Counted from the first letter of the stretch, positions 20,098 to 32,363 are shown. The stretch: 64,000 nt of DNA from Cyanobacteria bacterium auto_48_18 (GCA_036170915.1 JAVHQC010000035.1:192001-256000), one strand, 5' to 3'. The notes: generated from the sequence alone by a model not told the origin. Translations and numbers: made by a program.

Positions 20098-21513
20098 CTA
20101 ATGCTGCTCAAATAAGGGCAAAACATTTTTAGCAACGTCGCCAATCAGCGGAATAGTGTCTGTACGAAACGGTGCCACAGGAATGCCGTTCTTGCTGAAT
20201 AAAGCCGCCGGCACGTTATTGGCCCAAGCATAACGGCAATGAACCGGAAGATGCACCGAAGCACTGGTGAGATAAATGACGTTATTTTCCATTGTCACTT
20301 TCGCAGTTTTGAACTGCCCATCTTCACCGGCAATTTCAAATGCCTTTGTCTTTGGGTCTTTGAGTTCTAAACCACTGTCGGCAACTGAAAAAGTAACCTT
20401 GAGTTGCGGGCCCACGCGCTCTGCGGACGAAAAGCGTGGAATCAGGGCGTTAGCACTGCGGTAGAGGCGGCCCGCTACAATTTGTGCGCAGTTTTGACCA
20501 ATCAACAGCTTGTCGGGACTGCGCAGGTTAGCCCACGTGGCATTGGCAGGCGCATTGATTGTCGGCACAAGATAACAATGAGGAGCAAGGCAAGCTTTTT
20601 GCTGAGCTTCGCGAAAATAGGCCAGGGGGCTGAGATTTTCACCATCGATATTCTTACCCCCCCAGCGGGGCAATTGCACGACAAAAAATGGCATATCAGC
20701 AGCGAAGCGCTTGCGCCAGCTCTTTGTCAAAAGGGCAAATTGCATGGGATAGGAATTGAAACTGGACAGATCGTTCTCGCCTTGATACCAGACAACAGCT
20801 TTAAACGGCAGGCCAGTCAGAGGCAACAGGTATTTATCAAAAACCGCACCAGGCTCTGTAGTGTTTTTCTTGCCGCTCTTCTCAGGCAAATCTCTGCTGG
20901 CAATCCAGCTATGCAAATTGGCATTACCCACGGTGCACTGGACAATACCTACCGGCACATTTTCTTTCATCAATTTTCTTAAGGCGCTGACAAAGGCAAC
21001 GGCCAGAGCTGACCTATTATTGAGCTCACTGCTGTTGGCCGAGACCCACTTACCTGGCTGGCTCACATCATAAAAACGTGTCTCGTCCGGCAAAGCAATG
21101 GCAAGATTTCTGCAATCTGTTGATTCAGAGACCGGCAATTGCATATTCGACTGACCAGCGCAAAGAAACACGTCGCCGACAATGACGTCTTGCGCTTGAA
21201 CTTTCTGCCCCAATGACTGGATGGCAACTGAGAAAGGTGCACCGGCCGACCGTGCCGGCAAAGCAATTTCCCAGCGGCCATTAGCACCAGCAATGGTGGC
21301 GGTAGTGACGTCACCCAGAGTGGCTTGCACGGCGGCACCCGCAGCGCTCGAACCGACAAATTTGATCGGCCTGTCACGCTGCAAAATCATATGATCAGAG
21401 ACGATTTGATCTACTGCAAATTTAGCCGCCAACGCAGGAGAGGCCAACCACAAACTAAGCAGCAGTAGGCTGGCTACAAAGACAGGTCTAAATGGAGATG
21501 GAGATGGAGACAT
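20098..21513 (-). CDS. Secreted sialate O-acetylesterase (SASA/SGNH) family protein
   Basis: Signal peptide; HMILQRD, GDVFLCAGQSNM, WYQGEND, RYAW, P..PFRTD. ATG at 21513 is preferred over the 21558 ORF start. Confidence 0.85.
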   Translation of the reverse strand: MSPSPSPFRPVFVASLLLLSLWLASPALAAKFAVDQIVSDHMILQRDRPIKFVGSSAAGAAVQATLGDVTTATIAGANGRWEIALPARSAGAPFSVAIQSLGQKVQAQDVIVGDVFLCAGQSNMQLPVSESTDCRNLAIALPDETRFYDVSQPGKWVSANSSELNNRSALAVAFVSALRKLMKENVPVGIVQCTVGNANLHSWIASRDLPEKSGKKNTTEPGAVFDKYLLPLTGLPFKAVVWYQGENDLSSFNSYPMQFALLTKSWRKRFAADMPFFVVQLPRWGGKNIDGENLSPLAYFREAQQKACLAPHCYLVPTINAPANATWANLRSPDKLLIGQNCAQIVAGRLYRSANALIPRFSSAERVGPQLKVTFSVADSGLELKDPKTKAFEIAGEDGQFKTAKVTMENNVIYLTSASVHLPVHCRYAWANNVPAALFSKNGIPVAPFRTDTIPLIGDVAKNVLPLFEQH

Positions 21514-21563
21514 GGACAAGCAGCGCCAACTTTGATGGTCAGAACAAAATAACAGCATAGCAA

Positions 21564-21590
21564 AGAAGGGCCGCTTACGCGGCCCTTCTC
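21564..21590 (-). terminator. GC-rich hairpin downstream of secretin gene A
   Basis: gaagggccgc-ttac-gcggcccttc. Confidence 0.7.
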
Positions 21591-21622
21591 ATCAACATGC
21601 AATCGGATTTGAGTTAAACGAT

Positions 21623-23875
21623 TTATTCGTTGTCTGGAATCGGAGCGCCATCAGGCAAGGTCGGAGAAGTCTTTTGGTGACGTTCTGCGCGGCCGGATGA
21701 ATAGTGGCGTTCATCAACTACAGTTGGTTCAACCTGGAAGATGTTCATGTCACGAGGCCCTTCCACTCTGCCGATTTCTTCAGGAAGCTTGAGCTGACCT
21801 GGAGTACCGGGAAGAATGATTTCTGGTCTGACGGCAACAACAAGTTCGCTTTCGTTCTTGTTGAAGGCCTTCGACCGGTAAAGAGCGCCCAATACAGGAA
21901 CTTCGCCCAGTAGAGGAGTCTTGTTCAATTCTCTACCAACGTTGGTTGTGACCAAGCCGGAGAGATAGAGTTCTTGTCCTGGTTTAAGTTCAACAATGCT
22001 CTGGGTCTTTCTGGTGGTGAAGCCAGGAATAGAAGAACCTGTACCGAAAGTAAACGCAAGTTCGTTTGAGATGATTCTTTCTTCTGGTGAAATTTGCAAG
22101 TTAATGGTGCCATTTTCTTGCAGAACAGGAATCATGTTGAGACGAAGACCGAACGGTTCAAAGGTAACCGATGCCAGTGATTGGCCGGCGGTTGCGATTT
22201 GCTGAATGATTGGGATTTCTCCACCAGCCAGAAACGCAGCCCGTTCTCCAGAAATAGTCACCAGTGTTGGCTCAGCCAGAACCCGTGCTCTTCTTTGAGA
22301 AATGATGCCTTGAATAGTCGGGTTAACCGATACGCTACCGAAGTTAGAGATACCAGTAAACAGGTTGAACAAGTTAGCAGAGCCTAAAGTGGCACCACCA
22401 GGAGCAGCTAGCAGAATTGCTTGTGACAGCAATGATGATGCTGGGCCAACAGGTGTACCTTGACCAACACCGGTAACGAAAGTCGGTGTGAGGAAGCTAA
22501 CTGGTTGAAGGCTGCTGCCCTGACCATAGACAGGCAATCCGTTCACACCCGAGGGTCCGAAGAGTACCTGTGGCTGAATAGTTTGCATACCCTGACGGAA
22601 GCGAGCGCCCGTTTCAGAGTTCAGAACGACGTTGTTAGCTAAGTTTGTACCAGTACCACCAACACCGAAGGAGAAGTACTTACCGGCCATGCCAACGCCC
22701 ACTTGCAGAGCAAGTTCGCGGGAAGCCGATGTGTTCATCTCCATAAACGTGCAGTGCAGAGCAATCAAAGGCACTTTGCGCACTTTGACTAAACTCGTTA
22801 CCCGGCCACCATCAGAAGCCATAACCTGGGCTTTGCTAATGTTGTTTGGCAAGTTACCGAAGAAAGTGTATCTATCGACGGAGTTCAACTGTGCTAGCTG
22901 GCCAGATTGACCACCACCACCTGAGGTACTACCACCGGTTTCACCAATTTTGCCGTTAACGATTCTTCCGTTCACAACTTGAATGTTCATGCCGCGATCG
23001 TCCATGAACACGTTCGAAGCTGCGAAAGCTTTGATGATCGATTCAGGGTGATCAACGTCGCCAGTCAGAAGCACGCGGTCAGAGCCACCAACGGAGAAGG
23101 CTTTAACGATAATGCGAGGGTCAATTTCACGCAGTGTAGTTTGCAACTGTGTGTAATCGCGACTAACGCGCAAATCGACACTTATAGAATTGCCGGCATC
23201 ATCCCAGAGCAACATTGTGCATGTGCCGGGAGCCTTACCAAGAAGTACCATCTGATTTTCAGATACTACTACTGGCTCAGCAATTCCTGGGTCAGAAATT
23301 GATGTGCGAACAATTTTGTTCTTGAATTTAAAAGTTCTCGATTGAGAGACTTTCAAATCAATGGCATTTGTAGTTTTAAATTCTTCGAGTTCTACGGTGC
23401 CTGTCACCACCGGTGGTACCGGTTGAGCAGTAACGTAGGTGCTCTGGTCAGCAGCCTGAGCGACTACTTGATCAGGAGCGTATTGTGCAGCAGTTGGCAC
23501 CGAAGCAGCTTTAGCAGCTGCGCCTGAAACTACAGGAGCGGCGACACTGGAATCAACAGCAGAACTAGCTGAGTGAATTGCCATTGCGGTGCTAGCACCG
23601 GCAGCGCCACTATCTGCTGGAAGGAACAACATGGCATGACTTCCGTCGACGGAATCAACCTTGCTAGCTGGTGCCTTCTTCACCGAGCTAATCGCTTTAG
23701 TAGCGCTTGTGGTAACTCTATGAGCTGCCTTCGACACTTGAGGAGCGGTTGCAGTGGACGATCCGGCCATTCTTTGCCAGATTGCGCCTTGCGACTCCGA
23801 GTGTGCCGACAGCCAATTAGCCTGGAGCAACACTATTGATAGGCTCAAAGCTAAGCTCAACTGGGGCTTATTCAT
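21623..23875 (-). CDS. CpaC/RcpA-like (Tad/T2SS/T3SS family) secretin, paralogue A
   Basis: Signal peptide; pilus-N domain (ISDPGIAEP..LLGKAPGT); secretin motifs AEPTLVTISGERAAFLAGGEIP, TRKTQSIVEL, PLLGEVPVLGALYRS, ESELV. Confidence 0.9.
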   Translation of the reverse strand: MNKPQLSLALSLSIVLLQANWLSAHSESQGAIWQRMAGSSTATAPQVSKAAHRVTTSATKAISSVKKAPASKVDSVDGSHAMLFLPADSGAAGASTAMAIHSASSAVDSSVAAPVVSGAAAKAASVPTAAQYAPDQVVAQAADQSTYVTAQPVPPVVTGTVELEEFKTTNAIDLKVSQSRTFKFKNKIVRTSISDPGIAEPVVVSENQMVLLGKAPGTCTMLLWDDAGNSISVDLRVSRDYTQLQTTLREIDPRIIVKAFSVGGSDRVLLTGDVDHPESIIKAFAASNVFMDDRGMNIQVVNGRIVNGKIGETGGSTSGGGGQSGQLAQLNSVDRYTFFGNLPNNISKAQVMASDGGRVTSLVKVRKVPLIALHCTFMEMNTSASRELALQVGVGMAGKYFSFGVGGTGTNLANNVVLNSETGARFRQGMQTIQPQVLFGPSGVNGLPVYGQGSSLQPVSFLTPTFVTGVGQGTPVGPASSLLSQAILLAAPGGATLGSANLFNLFTGISNFGSVSVNPTIQGIISQRRARVLAEPTLVTISGERAAFLAGGEIPIIQQIATAGQSLASVTFEPFGLRLNMIPVLQENGTINLQISPEERIISNELAFTFGTGSSIPGFTTRKTQSIVELKPGQELYLSGLVTTNVGRELNKTPLLGEVPVLGALYRSKAFNKNESELVVAVRPEIILPGTPGQLKLPEEIGRVEGPRDMNIFQVEPTVVDERHYSSGRAERHQKTSPTLPDGAPIPDNE

Positions 23876-23984
23876 TCAACTCTCCCTCTATGAACTCCCG
23901 AACTGTTTTCCGATTGCTTTCGAATACTGGGAGCATTCATGGTAAAGCCGGCACGAGACCGACCAGTACAGAAGCTTAACACGA
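23810..23984 (-). repeat. 175-bp identical direct repeat, copy 1 (5' leader plus first 22 codons of secretin A)
   Basis: Identical by eye to 26566-26740. Confidence 0.92.
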
Positions 23985-24282
23985 GTACTTGAGCAATGCA
24001 CTGATTTTTTCTATCAGGCACCACACATTCAACATTGACTTAACACAGCTTTATTCAGTAGTCGTGTATTCCTGCACAGCAGCCCGTCTTGGCCGATCAA
24101 AGTAAACCGCGACAGATGCCAATGACAACCATATGTGGTGCACGATTGGTCATCGCAAGCATGTATGTCAAGAACAAACTTCTACACATTTTTCTTGCAT
24201 TAGTAAATTTTCAATTTCAAGCTAAAAGAGGGAACAGCCTGCGCCACTCCCTCTCTTAAATTTGTCGTGAACAGAAAACGAT

Positions 24283-26631
24283 TTATTCGTTATCTGGAAC
24301 AGGAGCACCATCAGGCAACGTTGGTGAAGTCTTCTGGTGACGTTCTGAGCGTCCACTGGTGAAGTGGCGTTCATCAAGCACCGAAGGCTCAACTTGGAAC
24401 ATGTTCATGTCGCGAGGACCTTCTGTACGACCGATTTCTTCAGGCAATTTGAGTTGTCCTGGAGTACCGGGCAAGATAATTTCAGGTCTAACCGAAATCA
24501 CAAGTTCACTTTCGTTTTTGTTGAATGCTTTAGAGCGATAGAGGGCACCAAGCACAGGCACTTCACCGAGAATCGGCAATTTAGAAGTTTCTCTACCGAT
24601 GTTGGTTGATACCAAACCAGCGATATAGAGTTCTTGCCCTGGCTTGAGTTCAACTACCGTCTGAGTTTTACGAGTTGTAAAACCAGGGACGATACCGTTA
24701 CCCTGACCGAATACTGAGAAGGCAAGGTTATTGGCTAACAAGCGCTCTTCAGGTGATACCTCTAAGTTGATGACGCCATTCTCTTGCAGAATTGGAATCA
24801 TATTGATTCTCATACCGAAAGGTTCAAACACCACCGATTGTTGAGCAGTACCACCAGCAGCGATAGCTTGCAAAATTGGAATTTCGCCGCCCGCTAAGAA
24901 GGATGCACGTTCACCAGACAGAGTTACCAGTGTGGGCTCGGCCAGTACTCTGGCTCTACGTGAACTGATAATGCCCTGAACAGTAGGATTCACCGAGAAA
25001 GTCGTAGCACCATTACCGAACAAGCTGTTGGAGGTGAAAATGTTGGCAGCTTGCTGGGCGTTGAAGGTGACACCACCAGGAGCACCAAGCAATACTGACT
25101 GACCAAGCAGGCCACTAGGACTGAGCAAAGTGCCCTGACCAATACCGGTTCCGACGGCCTGGTTGGTGACGAAAGACACAGGCTGGAGAACATAACCAGA
25201 GTTGAAGCTGGGGTTGATGCCTTGGGCGTTAGTTGGTATCGGAGCAGTGTTTTGAGCAGGAGTTACAGAGCCGAGCGGTGTATAGGCTCTCTGGCCCGGC
25301 ACACTGGATATCGGTCCTGAGTTAACAGCATTGGCAGTACCACCAATACCAAACGAGAAGGTCTTGCTAGATACACCGAAACCAAGGGATACGGCCAACT
25401 CTCTAGCAGCACTGGTATTCATTTCTAAGAAAGTAACGTGCAGCACGATCAAAGGCACTTTGCGCACTTTAACCAGGCTGGTGACGCGACCACCGTCAGA
25501 AATCATTACTTGTGATTTGCCAATGTTGTTAGCGTTGTTGCCGAAGAACGTGTAACGGTCAACGGTACCAAGGCTGGCCAATTGACCAGACGAACCACCA
25601 CCCGCGGTAGCACCGCCGGTTTCTCCGATACGACCGGCAACAAGTCTGTTATTAGCAACTTGAATGTTCATACCGCGGTCATCCATATAAACGTTCGATG
25701 CGGCGAACGCTTTAATGATTGACTCAGGGTGATCAACATCACCAGTTAAAAGCACTCTGTCAGATCCACCGACCGAGAAAGCCTTAACTACGATGCGGGG
25801 ATCGATTTCGCGCAGTGTTGATTGCAGTTGAGCATAATCACGGCTGACACGAAGGTCGATTGATACCGAGTTACCGGCATCGTCCCAGAGAACCAGAGTT
25901 GATGTGCCAGGAGCTTTACCGAGAAGAACCAACTGGTTTTCTGCCACTACAACTGGTTCGGCAACGCCTGGGTCAGAAATAGAGGTTCTTACAATTTTGT
26001 TCTTCAATTTAAAAGTACGCGATTGCGAAACTTTTAAGTCGATAACGTTAGTAACTTTGTACTCTTCAAAATCGAGAGTACCAGTCACCACTGGTGGTAT
26101 CGGCTGCGGTGTGAGATTAGTATGGTCTGATTGCGCCAGTAAATAATCTGGTGCTAACTGAGCCAACATATTCTTGGAAGAGGCTGTGCTAGCTGCGGTC
26201 GATGGCAACGCTGCCAACTGACGAGGAGCAGCTTCGCCGGTTATGTCCGGAGCCGTCACCGGAGAAAGATCAGCCGTTTCGACTGGAGCAGCGCCAGCGC
26301 TGTCTAGTGGCAAGCCGGGGTGAATCGTTAACGCTGCTGCAGGTGCCGCACCGCCAGCGCCGAGTTCTCTACCTTTAGATAGGAACAACATCGCGTGACT
26401 TGCGTCTACTGCATCAGTCTTAGCAACTGGCGCTTTCTTCGCCGAATTTGCTAATTTGATATTTGTGGCAACTCTCTGAGTTGACCGGGACACACCTGTA
26501 CCTGCCGAGTTGGCAGAACTGGCCATTCTTTGCCAGATTGCGCCTTGCGGCTCAGATTGTGCCTGCAGCCAATTAGCCTGGAGCAACACTATTGATAGGC
26601 TCAAAGCTAAGCTCAACTGGGGCTTATTCAT
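24283..26631 (-). CDS. CpaC/RcpA-like secretin, paralogue B
   Basis: Same architecture as paralogue A; AEPTLVTLSGERASFLAGGEIP, PILGEVPVLGALYRS. Confidence 0.9.
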   Translation of the reverse strand: MNKPQLSLALSLSIVLLQANWLQAQSEPQGAIWQRMASSANSAGTGVSRSTQRVATNIKLANSAKKAPVAKTDAVDASHAMLFLSKGRELGAGGAAPAAALTIHPGLPLDSAGAAPVETADLSPVTAPDITGEAAPRQLAALPSTAASTASSKNMLAQLAPDYLLAQSDHTNLTPQPIPPVVTGTLDFEEYKVTNVIDLKVSQSRTFKLKNKIVRTSISDPGVAEPVVVAENQLVLLGKAPGTSTLVLWDDAGNSVSIDLRVSRDYAQLQSTLREIDPRIVVKAFSVGGSDRVLLTGDVDHPESIIKAFAASNVYMDDRGMNIQVANNRLVAGRIGETGGATAGGGSSGQLASLGTVDRYTFFGNNANNIGKSQVMISDGGRVTSLVKVRKVPLIVLHVTFLEMNTSAARELAVSLGFGVSSKTFSFGIGGTANAVNSGPISSVPGQRAYTPLGSVTPAQNTAPIPTNAQGINPSFNSGYVLQPVSFVTNQAVGTGIGQGTLLSPSGLLGQSVLLGAPGGVTFNAQQAANIFTSNSLFGNGATTFSVNPTVQGIISSRRARVLAEPTLVTLSGERASFLAGGEIPILQAIAAGGTAQQSVVFEPFGMRINMIPILQENGVINLEVSPEERLLANNLAFSVFGQGNGIVPGFTTRKTQTVVELKPGQELYIAGLVSTNIGRETSKLPILGEVPVLGALYRSKAFNKNESELVISVRPEIILPGTPGQLKLPEEIGRTEGPRDMNMFQVEPSVLDERHFTSGRSERHQKTSPTLPDGAPVPDNE

Positions 26632-26740
26632 TCAACTCTCCCTCTATGAACTCCCGAACTGTTTTCCGATTGCTTTCGAATACTGGGAGCATTCATGGTA
26701 AAGCCGGCACGAGACCGACCAGTACAGAAGCTTAACACGA
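26566..26740 (-). repeat. 175-bp identical direct repeat, copy 2 (5' leader plus first 22 codons of secretin B)
   Basis: Identical by eye to 23810-23984. Confidence 0.92.
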
Positions 26741-27220
26741 CTGCTGCACAGTTGCACTAATCTTTTTCACACGGCACCATACATTCAACACTGGCTTAAC
26801 ACTTATCTCATTACAACAGCCAAGAGCATGACAGAGCCGTCAATTCTGGCGATCGTGTTTTTTAGGGATTGCGGTATTTGACAACCAGGGGTGGTGCCTA
26901 ATTGGTCTAGTAATATCGTCATAACTATGTATGTCAAGTGAGTCACCTAACCAAAAAGATATCGAAGGGCACCACCTGTGGAGACATGATTTTCTACTTA
27001 TCTTTTTTCGGCCAATGTCAAGCAGTAATTCTCTCTCAAAATCCTGTCCCCGTTTTATTACAATGATGTGGATTGAAGTGAGTGATGGGCCTGGGTTAAC
27101 CATAGCCCTGTCAAGAACAGAGTGTCGCTAACTGAGCGGCCTGAATAACCTTATATAGTGGTATATTCTTCAAATAACTTACTAAACAAATTAGTCAGCA
27201 CAATAAAAAGGAACTTAGCA

Positions 27221-27946
27221 GTGGATAACACTTCCGAACAAGAAAAAGTTCTGGTGGTCGATGATGAAGCCTCAATTCGGCGCATCCTCGAAACCCGGCT
27301 AAAGCTTGCCGGATATAACGTTGCAACAGCAGCCGACGGCCAAGAAGCACTCGAGCAGTTCAACGCATTCCAGCCAGACCTGGTCATCTTAGACGTCATG
27401 TTGCCAAAGATGGACGGCTACGAAGTTTGTAGAGAAATTCGCAAGACTTCTGATACGCCAATCATCATGTTGACTGCCGTTGCCGACGTTTCCAATCGCA
27501 TTCAAGGCTTGGAAATTGGTGCTGATGACTATGTGGTCAAGCCGTTCAGCCCCAGCGAATTGGAAGCCCGCATCAAAGCGGTTCTACGTCGCACAGTTGA
27601 ACGCCACCAAGAAGTTGGCCAGAGCAAAAGCTCTAACGTAATTACGATTGGTAATCTGAAAATCGATCTCAACAAGCGTCAAGTGACCCGTAAGAACGAA
27701 AGAATTCGCCTTACCGGAATGGAATTCAGCTTGTTGGAATTACTGGTGACCAATTCAGGCAAGCCTTATTCGCGCGGTGAAATCTTGCAACAAGTATGGG
27801 CCTATCCTCCTGATCACCGCATCGATACTCGCGTTGTCGATGTGCACATCAGTCGCCTGAGATCAAAACTGGAAGAAGATTCGTCTAATCCTGATTTGAT
27901 TTTGACCGCTCGCGGAATCGGCTACATGTTTCAAAAAATAAACTAA
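27221..27946 (+). CDS. rpaB: OmpR-family response regulator, RpaB/Ycf27-like
   Basis: VVDDEASIRRILETRL, ERIRLTGMEFSLLELL, DTRVVDVHISRLR, LILTARG match RpaB as I recall it. GTG at 27221 follows AAGGA. Confidence 0.88.
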   Translation: MDNTSEQEKVLVVDDEASIRRILETRLKLAGYNVATAADGQEALEQFNAFQPDLVILDVMLPKMDGYEVCREIRKTSDTPIIMLTAVADVSNRIQGLEIGADDYVVKPFSPSELEARIKAVLRRTVERHQEVGQSKSSNVITIGNLKIDLNKRQVTRKNERIRLTGMEFSLLELLVTNSGKPYSRGEILQQVWAYPPDHRIDTRVVDVHISRLRSKLEEDSSNPDLILTARGIGYMFQKIN

Positions 27947-27994
27947 AAGCTGAAGTGGTCTGATAACTCAAATCACTCCAAAATAAATGAACTC

Positions 27995-28027
27995 AAAAAA
28001 AAGCCCGGATTTAATTCCGGGCTTTTT
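27995..28027. terminator. Bidirectional intrinsic terminator between rpaB and ahcY
   Basis: A-tract, gcccgga-tttaat-tccgggc, then T-tract. Confidence 0.85.
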
Positions 28028-28048
28028 ATTGCTTCTACGAACAGAATT

Positions 28049-29455
<1,407 letters not shown>

Positions 29456-29532
29456 TCAAGGGAATATTGGTTAAAGAGGTGCGCATAGTCCTCACTCCCA
29501 CTGCTCAATGAGCGCTTTGCCGGAGCTGACCG

Positions 29533-30231
29533 ATGGAAACCTGGGCCAAATCTGTTAAACGGACGCTGCTGATTGTCGCTGCAGTAGCCATTAACAGCCC
29601 ACAGTCGGCCAATGCCATGCTTTTGTCGGGCCATTTAGAGGAACGCAAAGACAGCTCCGAAGGGCAGCAACAAACAGGCGCTGCAGGGCCTGGACTGCAA
29701 TCGCAAACGCCGACGCTCTCGCCCATGCCAAATTCTTCGCAGCAGCCCAGCTTGCCTCAGCAGCCCGCTCCTCGAGCTCAGAACCGGCCGCCTCAGGCCC
29801 AGCCGCCAAACTCGTTTCCCCTCACTTATCAAGGCGCCTGGTACTGTGAGACCACCGTGGTTGACTCCACTCTGCCTGCCGTGGCCCAGGGTCAAGTAAT
29901 CGGGTCAGAAGTAGTCTTTTATCCGGCCAAAGACGGCACCATCCACGCTCGCTGGAATCAACCAGGGTGGGTTGAAACTCAGTCGCAGGCCATAACTTTT
30001 AACGGCAGCGAAGCTAAGGCCGACCGCACTACCTATTATTTTGGCGACAATATGCAAGGTTCATGGGCCGCCAGGGCCCGCGATCAGTTTGCTCAAACAA
30101 GTGCCGATGCTATTTCTGCTAAAAGCTACGTCGATCAATATATGGATGGTCAATATTTGGGTCGTTATCGAACAGTGTCGGTTCTCAAGAGAAACGCGGC
30201 TTCGCAAAATATGGCAAACAGCATGAATTAA
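29533..30231 (+). CDS. Hypothetical exported protein (Pro/Gln linker plus beta-rich domain)
   Basis: 232-aa ORF with a signal-like N-terminus; hairpin at about 30234-30264 downstream. Confidence 0.7.
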   Translation: METWAKSVKRTLLIVAAVAINSPQSANAMLLSGHLEERKDSSEGQQQTGAAGPGLQSQTPTLSPMPNSSQQPSLPQQPAPRAQNRPPQAQPPNSFPLTYQGAWYCETTVVDSTLPAVAQGQVIGSEVVFYPAKDGTIHARWNQPGWVETQSQAITFNGSEAKADRTTYYFGDNMQGSWAARARDQFAQTSADAISAKSYVDQYMDGQYLGRYRTVSVLKRNAASQNMANSMN

Positions 30232-30302
30232 AAAAGAGAGCACCAGAAAAACTGATGCTCTCTTCCTATATATAGAACTGAATCTAAGAAGTGCTGACTC
30301 GA

Positions 30303-31667
<1,365 letters not shown>

Positions 31668-31895
31668 TTATCAGAAAAAGATTTCTGATTTCGAAGTTTT
31701 TTTGCTGCGATTTACAAAGGTTCAAGTATAATCCTTTTCACTGGATTTAAATTTGGATAGAGCATTTCTTGAAACAGCACGAAATCTTTCTCAATTTGTT
31801 TCTACCGCAGACTCGATTATTTGTTTTATTTCAAGCTCTTGTTTAACTACTGATAACAATGTTCTCTTTTGAGAACCTAGAATTGACGGCTACGT

Positions 31896-32264
31896 ATGGG
31901 CAACTTGCATGGCGGAAGTTTCCAGGCAATCCAGGAATACTTCCAACAGAAAGAGTGCCGTTTCTGTTCCAACGCTTTTAAATCTGACGGAATTCAATTA
32001 CTCAGGGAAGAACCTGGTGTATTGGTCGTTCGCGTAACTTGCAGCACTTGTGGTCATCCGCTGGGCGTAGCCATTGTAGGCACAACACCTAAACCACAAA
32101 AAGCTGTCTCCCTTCACCCCCGCGACTGGACAAAGCGTGACAGAGATAGGCTCGTAGGCATGCCTGCGATCACCTACGACGATGTGTTGAACGCTCACCA
32201 GTTCTTCAAAGGGTTGGATACTGACTGGCACAAATTGTTGCCAAAAGCCGGCAAAGCCAGCTGA
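31896..32264 (+). CDS. Small zinc-ribbon hypothetical protein
   Basis: CRFC...CSTC; C-terminal ITYDDVLNAH; followed by a strong hairpin. Confidence 0.72.
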   Translation: MGNLHGGSFQAIQEYFQQKECRFCSNAFKSDGIQLLREEPGVLVVRVTCSTCGHPLGVAIVGTTPKPQKAVSLHPRDWTKRDRDRLVGMPAITYDDVLNAHQFFKGLDTDWHKLLPKAGKAS

Positions 32265-32300
32265 CATTGATTTTCCTCTCCTAATCGTCGTTGAAAAATA

Positions 32301-32337
32301 AGCAAAAGGCCAGGCAAACACCTGGCCTTTTGCTTTA
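32301..32337 (+). terminator. Intrinsic terminator
   Basis: 14-bp stem agcaaaaggccagg / cctggccttttgct. Confidence 0.8.
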
Positions 32338-32363
32338 TAACTGAAGAAACAGCGGCAAATAAA

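Noticed and set aside
20404..20982. 192-aa plus-strand ORF and other long antisense ORFs in the track
   Set aside because: They fully overlap well-supported genes on the opposite strand or in another frame and show no motifs.
23754..23945. Near-identical 63-aa plus-strand ORFs here and at 26510-26701
   Set aside because: By-products of the duplicated secretin leader on the opposite strand; no independent evidence of coding.
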